Program-made: the position numbers and the translations under genes
Source of the DNA: a virus
Lineage: Duplodnaviria; Heunggongvirae; Uroviricota; Caudoviricetes
Reading direction: 5' to 3' (one strand)
Virus record (IMG/VR): IMGVR_UViG_3300008107_000202
DNA length: 21,188 bases
The notes under the pieces: generated by a model
What the model saw: the letters and a program-made list of their open reading frames with translations, nothing else
Told to the model about the DNA's origin: nothing
Database searches by the model: none
Shown here: positions 14,894 through 21,188 of the stretch, one piece after another
Position numbering within the stretch: the first letter of the stretch is position 1
Layout: the number at the start of each line of letters is the position of its first letter

Positions 14894-15398
14894 TTGTTGG
14901 TACTCCAAATAACACTGAAGGAATGAAAGGTGTGAGATCCACTGGTTTATAGTCAAGAGGCTTTCTGACTTTACCGTTAGAATCAACAAAACAGTATGAA
15001 TGGTATTCAGGATTAAACATTGTCTTGATTTCAACACCTTGTTTTCTGTACCCTTGAACTGTGTATTCGAACACCGACGGTTCTGTGAAACCAGAAAGAA
15101 ACTTGCTGTCATTATTGTCTGCAACAGTGGACTCAGCGCCTCGCACATCGAACTGAAGATTCGCCAGCATGTCGCGCATACCAAGCAGAGTTACCATTGA
15201 ATCTACATAACCATCAAGTAATTCAACAGGATCGCGCACTTCAATAGCGTCACGCATTTCCTTGATTTCACTCTCAATGATCTTCATCTGGTTCAGTAGA
15301 TCATGCCACGATGTAGGTACCGATTTGTTAGCACACGCATTAAACTTCTCAGTCTTTGCGTTTAGATAAGCGATTGATTCACTATTTGTTTTTTCCAT
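14880..15398 (-). CDS. All-alpha NTP pyrophosphohydrolase (MazG / PRA-PH-like), 172 aa
   Basis: IIESEIKEM...ELLDGYVD acidic motif, NNDSKF and GKVRKPLDYKPVDL tail typical of phage PRA-PH-like proteins. AGGAG RBS. Confidence 0.8.
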   Translation of the reverse strand: MEKTNSESIAYLNAKTEKFNACANKSVPTSWHDLLNQMKIIESEIKEMRDAIEVRDPVELLDGYVDSMVTLLGMRDMLANLQFDVRGAESTVADNNDSKFLSGFTEPSVFEYTVQGYRKQGVEIKTMFNPEYHSYCFVDSNGKVRKPLDYKPVDLTPFIPSVLFGVPTNAAT

Positions 15399-15412
15399 TA
15401 TTTCTCCTATGC

Positions 15413-15440
15413 AAAAGACCCCTGTCTTTCGACAGGGATC
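15413..15440 (-). terminator. Rho-independent terminator with a GAAA tetraloop
   Basis: Minus strand GATCCCTGTC GAAA GACAGGGGTC TTTT. Confidence 0.75.
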
Positions 15441-15443
15441 ATA

Positions 15444-16355
15444 TCAAGCCTTAGCCAGCAGCTTAGCTCGCTGTGTTTTAGTGTTAAGCATTTGCTTGCG
15501 ACGACTGATGCGTCCACAGTCGTCACATGACAACTCAGTAAACTTACCCGTTCCTGTTCGAACCACGTTGCCTGTTTCACTCAGGTGAGGACTACCGCAC
15601 GATGGGCAGTGTTCGTGTTCGTCATCGAAGAACATACCGAAGTTAATCGCACTCGAATCGTATGCTCGGATTTCATCGAATACATCCTTGAGCAATTGAA
15701 CGTCTTGCTTGTTGTATTTCAACATTGTGTCCAGTGCTTTGAAGTCACCTTTCATGCATTGAATCCACAGTGTGATTCCAGTAGTCGGAATCTTACGACC
15801 GACACCAAGGTAGTTACCGAGAGAGTCGAGCTTGTTAGAATTGAACTTCAGGCGCTTAGCAATCTTCAGAGTGTCCACAGTCTTGATGGACTTGCGAATC
15901 ACGATCTTATTCTGAAGAGCGCGAGTCTTGATGATTGGGATATCGAATCTGTCACCATTGTGAGCAACTACAAGATCAGCCTTCTCAATTTCTTCAACAA
16001 TGCGTTGGGTAACGTCGAAGTCTCGCTGTGCCATCACATCTGTTCTATCATAGAAACCATGTACTTCATTTTCACCGTACCATGACCATGATGCACTGAT
16101 AATCCATCCACCTTCGTTTAGTACATGCGACGGGGTAATGGTCACATCGTATCGATCAAATGCTACTACTACACTTGGTGCTGTCTCAACGTCTAGGAAT
16201 AGAATACGAGGCTTACGCTTATACATGTAGTATTGCGAAAGGAAAGCATTCACTCCACTTTTACTCAAGCCCAGGTACGAAGCAATCTGTCTACCTGTCA
16301 TTCCTTCTTTGGAAAGACTTACGATTTCCTCTTTGATTTCTTTGGTATATGACAT
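15444..16355 (-). CDS. DEDD / RNase H-like 3'-5' exonuclease with N-terminal HTH and C-terminal Zn ribbon, 303 aa
   Basis: GMTGRQIASYLGLSKSGV (HTH), ILFLDVET, VVAHNGDRFD, YNKQDV (Exo I-III) and CPSC...CDDC. Confidence 0.8.
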   Translation of the reverse strand: MSYTKEIKEEIVSLSKEGMTGRQIASYLGLSKSGVNAFLSQYYMYKRKPRILFLDVETAPSVVVAFDRYDVTITPSHVLNEGGWIISASWSWYGENEVHGFYDRTDVMAQRDFDVTQRIVEEIEKADLVVAHNGDRFDIPIIKTRALQNKIVIRKSIKTVDTLKIAKRLKFNSNKLDSLGNYLGVGRKIPTTGITLWIQCMKGDFKALDTMLKYNKQDVQLLKDVFDEIRAYDSSAINFGMFFDDEHEHCPSCGSPHLSETGNVVRTGTGKFTELSCDDCGRISRRKQMLNTKTQRAKLLAKA

Positions 16356-16356
16356 G

Positions 16357-16590
16357 TTATCCTTTCATTAGTTTCTTCTGCATGTCTCTTGTCAGGTAGT
16401 CAAGTCGTTTTACATCACGCTTGTAAACCCAAAAGTTTCGATTGTCAGGATGTCTCAACCAGAAAGCTGTTCTGGTTTCAAACGTCACTTCGCCAATTGT
16501 ACCACAATACTCGTTGTAGTGCAAGATCGGGTTTGAGCATTTGACGATTTCCACATAGTCTGTATACCATTGTCCAGTAATGTTTGGCAT
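16357..16590 (-). CDS. Hypothetical protein, 77 aa
   Basis: TAATG-coupled to the upstream gene and 1 nt from the downstream start. No recognised motif. Confidence 0.65.
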   Translation of the reverse strand: MPNITGQWYTDYVEIVKCSNPILHYNEYCGTIGEVTFETRTAFWLRHPDNRNFWVYKRDVKRLDYLTRDMQKKLMKG

Positions 16591-17102
16591 TATTCCTCCA
16601 TCATCATCTTTAGTTTAACCATAAGGTATTCTTTACGTTCTTGCAGAATAGAACTTCTGAAAAGTCTAGCTCTGTTCTCTGCGTTAGACGGCATGTCAAA
16701 AGGTTTCTCAATGATTCTAGTCAGCACTTCTCTTTGACTCTTTGCATCTAGCTTTTTGAAATCACGCACACAACGATTGATCCAATTCGGATGATAGACC
16801 TGATGTGTCTGCATGAATCCATCTGAGTCAATGTATACTTTCGCTTGTTCAAGGAAGTCACTTAGCTTGCCAGGATACCAAGTCGAAAGGTAACGCTTCC
16901 AGATGTTCTCAATCTTTCCTAGAGCAGCGTTCACCTGTCGGTCAATTACTCCACGCACGACTTCTGTTTCATGGTTGTGATCGAGCACAGCGCCTTTCTC
17001 TTCGAGAGGTAATCCAGTGAGTGCATCGACACCACCTTGTTCAGCTAATAGTTTTTGACGATACGCTTTAACGTCCTTCGGTGTGTGCAGGCTAGTCTTC
17101 AT
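16590..17102 (-). CDS. Endonuclease VII-like (Holliday junction resolvase) protein, 170 aa
   Basis: EQGG...LDHNH...VRGVI...VNAALG matches the EndoVII core (D-H-x-H and catalytic Asn). It sits next to the exonucleases. Confidence 0.75.
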   Translation of the reverse strand: MKTSLHTPKDVKAYRQKLLAEQGGVDALTGLPLEEKGAVLDHNHETEVVRGVIDRQVNAALGKIENIWKRYLSTWYPGKLSDFLEQAKVYIDSDGFMQTHQVYHPNWINRCVRDFKKLDAKSQREVLTRIIEKPFDMPSNAENRARLFRSSILQERKEYLMVKLKMMMEE

Positions 17103-18081
17103 CTAATCTTACTCCATAATGTAATGCGAATTCTTCGAAGTCGCCTTTGTCAGCCCATGATCTGAGCATGTACGCACATTTCCAGTAGAGCTTTAACATG
17201 TCTTTCCATGTAGCACCTACAATCTCTTGACCTGTATGTGTGATGTAATCGAAAGGATCAGGGTACAGACGTTTGTATTCTCTGATCAGAGCACGAAGAC
17301 ATTCTGCTTCGGTTGCAGTTTCGTTGAACAACTTAGCGAGCTTAGTGGGACCAGTCTTTACCTTGCTCAAGTCGTACCCACAATACGTGTCTGTGTTATC
17401 ACCGGCAATAGCTTGGAAGCAAAGGAACTTGATTCCTTCACCTTTCCACTGAGCTTTATCCTGATAGATTTCACCAAGTGCAGGGATGCGATGTACAGCT
17501 AGAGGTTCAACGTTCCAGTTAAGAATATCTACACCTACAGTCTGATACGCATCCTTGTCGATTGTTGCAATGATTGGTGAGTTACCTTTTCGCAATTCAG
17601 CGTAGGCTTCAATCGTCAACACGTCGTCCGTCTCATACCACGCTTCACATGTCACTGCATTGTACTTTTGGATAAGATGGCTCTTGCAGTTTTCCAGATG
17701 ATGTGGTTTAATGCTGTCTTGACGGTTGGCCTTGTATGGTGAAGGTAAAGGAAGTGAGTGTCGGTGTGTACCACCGGACTTACCTAGATAAACTCTAGTC
17801 TCATCGGGCCATACTGCTTCTTCAAGCTTAGCCATCATGTTGTCGATGATCTTGTGTGCAATAAATAAGGGTAGCGGATACTGTAAGTCTTGGAACTTAT
17901 AGTGCGCTGAGTCGTATGGGAAACCTTTGTCAGATAGAAACTTCTTGAAAGCGGTTCGTGTATCGAACTCTTTTTCTCTGCCAGATGACAAGTGTGTCAC
18001 CAGAACCTTACGTTCTTCGGCTGCTGCTGCATTTCTGTAGACCATAAGGTCACCATCGACCAGAAGAATTCTTCGTGTCAT
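17092..18081 (-). CDS. 5'-3' exonuclease / flap endonuclease (T7 gp6 / T5 D15-like), 329 aa (start reassigned)
   Basis: LLVDGDLMVY, YKANR, ETDDVL, TIDKD and AGDNTDTY acidic motifs. GGAGG RBS before the ATG at 18081. Confidence 0.88.
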   Translation of the reverse strand: MTRRILLVDGDLMVYRNAAAAEERKVLVTHLSSGREKEFDTRTAFKKFLSDKGFPYDSAHYKFQDLQYPLPLFIAHKIIDNMMAKLEEAVWPDETRVYLGKSGGTHRHSLPLPSPYKANRQDSIKPHHLENCKSHLIQKYNAVTCEAWYETDDVLTIEAYAELRKGNSPIIATIDKDAYQTVGVDILNWNVEPLAVHRIPALGEIYQDKAQWKGEGIKFLCFQAIAGDNTDTYCGYDLSKVKTGPTKLAKLFNETATEAECLRALIREYKRLYPDPFDYITHTGQEIVGATWKDMLKLYWKCAYMLRSWADKGDFEEFALHYGVRLDED

Positions 18082-18097
18082 TTGGACCTCCATAAGC

Positions 18098-18129
18098 AAA
18101 AAAAGCGGCCAGGATGATCCCTGCCGCTT
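18098..18129 (-). terminator. Rho-independent terminator
   Basis: Minus strand AAGCGGC...GCCGCTT stem with an inner GGA/TCC extension, followed by a T7 tract. Confidence 0.8.
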
Positions 18130-18133
18130 AGCA

Positions 18134-18346
18134 TTATACCTGAGATAGCATCGCTTGTAAAGCGTCTGTTTTATCTTTGAGGTCTTCCAGTTTGTCTCTT
18201 GCTTTAGCTTTTGCTACCGCAGCTAGTGTGGTGTTATCCAGACCGGCTTTCTTAGCTTCTGCTAAGATTTCTTTTGCTCTTTCACCCAGGTCTTCTACTT
18301 CGATGTAGATGGGAACTAGCTTGTCGATTACTTCAGAATTTGTCAT
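18134..18346 (-). CDS. Small helical DNA-binding protein, GapR (DUF2312) / T4 DsbA-like, 70 aa
   Basis: AKEILAEAKKAGLD...LAAVAK pattern resembles the K-x-I-x-x-E-A-K-x-x-G-x-D core of these families. AAGGAG RBS. Confidence 0.5.
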   Translation of the reverse strand: MTNSEVIDKLVPIYIEVEDLGERAKEILAEAKKAGLDNTTLAAVAKAKARDKLEDLKDKTDALQAMLSQV

Positions 18347-18506
18347 TGCACTCCTTTACGATTTCTTTGATAGTAGACTGTCGTTCTTGTCGCTTCCACA
18401 GTCGCATGTGAAACTTTCTGTCTTTACCTGGGGCTGGCCCACAGCACGGGCAGTTCATACCACCCGGTCCAACACGAGAATAACGCTTGTACAAAGACTT
18501 ACTCAT
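18333..18506 (-). CDS. Basic 57-aa protein with a GPGGMNCPCC motif (start reassigned to MSKSLYKR...)
   Basis: AAGGA RBS between the tRNA 3' end and the ATG at 18506. The ORF-track start lies inside the tRNA. Confidence 0.75.
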   Translation of the reverse strand: MSKSLYKRYSRVGPGGMNCPCCGPAPGKDRKFHMRLWKRQERQSTIKEIVKECNDKF

Positions 18507-18519
18507 TGATTTCCTTTGT

Positions 18520-18595
18520 TGGTCCCGAGGGATGGATTCGAACCACCGACGCATTGCTCTTCAGGCAACCGCTCTTCCGACTGAGCTACCAGGGG
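18520..18595 (-). tRNA. tRNA-Phe (GAA), 76 nt with encoded CCA
   Basis: CCCCTGG TA GCTC AGTCGGAA GAGC G GTTGC CTGAAGA GCAAT GCGTC GGTGG TTCGAAT CCATC CCTCGGG A CCA. D, anticodon and T arms pair canonically. The acceptor stem has two mismatches. Confidence 0.92.
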
Positions 18596-18601
18596 ATTTT
18601 G

Positions 18602-19468
18602 TTATAGTGAAGCAGGGATGAGACTAATCTTACCTTTGATTTCTCTACCCATTGTACCAGGGATTGTTACTTGTGAACTAGGTACTTCCCATACTTTCTT
18701 CTGGAATTCTTCAGTGATCAACTTAGCGTAAACAGCATTTGAGATTTCTGTTGCGGTCAGACTTGATCCTGAACCTGACGGTGGATAGTTTTCAGCAACT
18801 AGTTTGTCATACACAGCTTGAGCAATCTCTGCAGCAGTAGGTCCGGTTGAACCACCAGAAGCAGGAGGATACTCTTCTGCCATGAATTTGTCAAGTACCG
18901 CGTTTGCGATTTCGTCAGCCGTAAGACCTACTTCAGCAGCAGGACCGCTAAGGAAAGCAAGTCCCATGATTGTAGCAGAAGTCGAGAACACAATCGAAGC
19001 TGTACTACTGATATTAGCAACACCACCTAGTGTAGCATCAGGAACCGCAAAGTTAATACTAGAGGTTCCACTGATGTTTGCAGCGCCACCAAGTGTAGCA
19101 GACGGTACACTGAATGTGATAGAGCTTGTACCAGATAGGTTAGCAATCAGTTGTAGCTCAGCGTCAGGAACACTGAACGAAATTGATCCTGTACTTTCTA
19201 AGTTAACACCACCAGCAAGAGTAAGCTCGTTGGCTGAGACTCTAAATGACGTAGTAGTGAAAGCACTAATCATCCCTGGCTTCTGAGCCATGTTCCAAGT
19301 ACCAGGGTGAAGACTTCCAGAACAATCTGACGCTAGTTTAGAAACTACGTCACCGATGAATCTGGAACGTCTTTCACCTCTACCGTAATGGTATGCGTTT
19401 GTGCTTACTTGCCCTCCACGCATTCGAAGAGGATGCGCAGCGAGAAATGAACCATTGTGTAAAAGCAT
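18602..19468 (-). CDS. Repeat-containing putative virion/surface protein, 288 aa
   Basis: Four to five ~21-aa repeats (SGTSSITFSVPSATLGGAAN-like) and three ~28-aa repeats (TAxEIAxAVxDKxxxExYPP). Starts 3 nt after the upstream stop. Confidence 0.75.
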   Translation of the reverse strand: MLLHNGSFLAAHPLRMRGGQVSTNAYHYGRGERRSRFIGDVVSKLASDCSGSLHPGTWNMAQKPGMISAFTTTSFRVSANELTLAGGVNLESTGSISFSVPDAELQLIANLSGTSSITFSVPSATLGGAANISGTSSINFAVPDATLGGVANISSTASIVFSTSATIMGLAFLSGPAAEVGLTADEIANAVLDKFMAEEYPPASGGSTGPTAAEIAQAVYDKLVAENYPPSGSGSSLTATEISNAVYAKLITEEFQKKVWEVPSSQVTIPGTMGREIKGKISLIPASL

Positions 19469-19471
19469 AGG

Positions 19472-20353
19472 TTACCCCCACGCGGATTCTAGGTGTCCGT
19501 AGAAGTTAGTGTTAGCAGCAGTTGCGGCACCAGCAAAGTACAACCATGTCAGACATGCACCATCCATGATTCTCGGCATACTCGGCAATTGGTTCACCAA
19601 GTCTCTTTCCGAAAGAATTGACACTGTAGTAATTGGCAATTGAAGAATTGGTCGAGCAAGAACAAGTGCAGCAGTACCAGCACCAGATGCAGCAGACAAT
19701 GTAATGGTCTGTACAGATCGCACACCAAGATCACCACCAGCAAGAGGTAGGAATGGACCGTAGTTATTAGCGGCAGTACCTGAGTGCGTAATGTGCGGAG
19801 TAATAGCTGAAGCAGTAGCTGAAACCGTAACAGGTAAAGCACGACCAGCAGTACCTGCACTGTTTGTATAACTCAGTGAAAGGTTGTGAGCAGTAGCACC
19901 TGTAGTTGCAGTAACGACAAGGTAAGGTCTTACACCAACACCATCTGTGTATCGAAGCGTAGGGCTTCCAACAAGAGTCTGAGCAGTACCAACGTTCATG
20001 TTGATACCAGGGTAATAACCTTGCATGTCAACTAGCATCAGAACACCAGGGACAGCAGTGGCAACAGCAGACATTGCACCAACGTTAAGACCGTGTTTAG
20101 TGTCAGGAGTTACGTTACCACCATGAGGGATACCAAAGATTTGTGTACCATTTCCTGTAGTCTCGTCGCAGGTTCTCCAGTTCAGTGCAGTACCAGCCCA
20201 AGCGTTAGCTACAGGAGTACCGTTCAAAGGTGAGAGGTCATACCAACGACCTGCTGTATAAGCAGCACCGCCTGTAATCTTGTTCCAGTCTGCTCTATTG
20301 AATTTACCGTTTGTAATCTCGCTATAGAGATCGTCCATACTTGTGAAAGACAT
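19472..20353 (-). CDS. Hypothetical Thr/Ala/Gly-rich protein, 293 aa; paralogue of the upstream gene
   Basis: Shares AGRWxDxS, LRYTDGVGV, YTNS, PF(L/I)PLxxGDxGVxSVQ, LVLxxPIxQ, LPxIxxGAxL and a terminal W-x-stop with 20357..21187. Confidence 0.8.
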   Translation of the reverse strand: MSFTSMDDLYSEITNGKFNRADWNKITGGAAYTAGRWYDLSPLNGTPVANAWAGTALNWRTCDETTGNGTQIFGIPHGGNVTPDTKHGLNVGAMSAVATAVPGVLMLVDMQGYYPGINMNVGTAQTLVGSPTLRYTDGVGVRPYLVVTATTGATAHNLSLSYTNSAGTAGRALPVTVSATASAITPHITHSGTAANNYGPFLPLAGGDLGVRSVQTITLSAASGAGTAALVLARPILQLPITTVSILSERDLVNQLPSMPRIMDGACLTWLYFAGAATAANTNFYGHLESAWG

Positions 20354-20356
20354 AGT

Positions 20357-21187
20357 TTATTCCCATGTGAAAGTGTGTAGGCATCTGAAACCAGCAAGTG
20401 AGCCGGTAGCCTGTGTATTGTACAAGTAATTCAAATAGGCACCCTGTTCAATTGTGGGTAGATTTGAATGTCTCTGAATGAATGTTTTCTCTACTGTCTG
20501 AGCGTTCTCTGGAAGAATGATCTGAGCGATTGGCTTGAATAGAACTAGTGTGTAGAATCCAGAAGGTGTAGCAGTGAACGTAAGTGACTGAACTGACTTA
20601 ACACCTTTGTCTCCGTTGACTAGAGGAATGAAAGGTACTGTAGCATTACCACTACCTGATGAATCATTCAGACATGTCAACACACCAGTGTTAGCTGAAA
20701 TACATGAAGTCAGATCAGTCACTCTTGACGCAACGTTATCACTGTTGGTATAGTTTACTGTGAACAAACCTGTTGACAATCCGATAGCGTTGGATACAAG
20801 TGCCATCTGCACACCAACACCATCTGTGTATCTAGGTAAGCTTACTGAATTACTGAAGACTTGCGTTTCAGCATCGTCACCGTCAATCAACGGATAGAAC
20901 ATTAGGTAATCACAAAGCAAGAAAGTCCCTGACTGCGGAGAGTACAGAGACAAGTCTTGCAAGTATTTCTTACCATCAAAGCTTCCTGTATAGATTCCGT
21001 TATTTGCAGAACCAACAAGTGTAGTAGCTTCCAACTGTCCACCAACGTAAGCGTTGTACTTCGGAATACCACCCGACATAGACATGTCAACCCACCTACC
21101 GGCTGAACCAGACGCAGGTGTATTTGTCTTATACATTGGTTGGTAATGGTATTTACCTTGATCTACAATTCCAGATGCGACAGAGTA
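20357..21187 (-). CDS. Hypothetical Ser/Thr/Gly-rich protein, 5'-truncated by the window edge; paralogue of the downstream gene
   Basis: The frame is open from 21187 (YSVASGIVDQGKYHYQPMYKT...). Comparison with the paralogue N-terminus (…ITNGKFNRADWNK) suggests the true start is just outside the window, not at 21136. Confidence 0.8.
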   Translation of the reverse strand, partial: YSVASGIVDQGKYHYQPMYKTNTPASGSAGRWVDMSMSGGIPKYNAYVGGQLEATTLVGSANNGIYTGSFDGKKYLQDLSLYSPQSGTFLLCDYLMFYPLIDGDDAETQVFSNSVSLPRYTDGVGVQMALVSNAIGLSTGLFTVNYTNSDNVASRVTDLTSCISANTGVLTCLNDSSGSGNATVPFIPLVNGDKGVKSVQSLTFTATPSGFYTLVLFKPIAQIILPENAQTVEKTFIQRHSNLPTIEQGAYLNYLYNTQATGSLAGFRCLHTFTWE

Positions 21188-21188
21188 T

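Noticed and set aside
14489-15398. Claim of a Z-base (2-aminoadenine) genome
   Set aside because: No PurZ or HD-family dATPase in the window. These pyrophosphatase families alone are not diagnostic.
15435-15447. Extended -10-like TGATATGAT on the minus strand
   Set aside because: No -35 element, and it sits immediately before a terminator hairpin, so it is unlikely to be a productive promoter.
18507-18554. ORF-track N-terminal extension MRRWFESIPRDQQRKS
   Set aside because: It is the tRNA T-arm and acceptor sequence read as codons. The RBS supports the start at 18506.
12046-18882. Plus-strand ORFs over the minus-strand block (e.g. 12917..13405, 13793..14155, 15585..16085, 17227..17502)
   Set aside because: Antisense to well-supported genes, with no recognisable motifs or translation signals.
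1-21188. CRISPR array, integrase, transposase, DGR template/variable repeats or invertible fibre segment
   Set aside because: No regularly spaced repeats, long nucleotide duplications, recombinase or reverse transcriptase motifs were seen.

Overview
Fragment of a tailed dsDNA phage genome (long non-contractile tail type) with two convergent blocks that meet at a bidirectional terminator (~11741-11780). The + strand (1-11741) carries the 3' part of the tail tube gene, tail assembly chaperones G/T, a 1737-aa tape measure protein, a compact tail-tip/fibre region, two small unknowns and a lysis cassette (membrane coiled-coil protein, probable holin, M15-family endolysin). The - strand (21188 to 11778), in transcription order, carries a three-gene cassette of Ser/Thr/Gly-rich virion-like proteins (two are paralogues), tRNA-Phe(GAA), a CxCC basic peptide, a GapR/DsbA-like small DNA-binding protein, a 5'-3' exonuclease, an endonuclease VII-like protein, a DEDD exonuclease, two nucleotide pyrophosphohydrolase-like proteins, an unknown protein, a ribonucleotide reductase broken into two frames, and two micro-ORFs missing from the ORF track. 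Highlights: (1) a terminator / consensus sigma70 promoter / G-T / terminator unit with a +1 frameshift site (TTT CAA CCC TGA) and the T stop codon inside the terminator hairpin, suggesting frameshift-coupled attenuation of the tape measure gene; (2) an RNR with an apparent internal deletion plus frameshift; (3) an atypical tRNA-Phe (tandem acceptor-stem mismatches, G37, A20); (4) the orphan paralogue/repeat-protein cassette abutting that tRNA. Family assignments come from motif recognition by eye. No database search or folding program was run.
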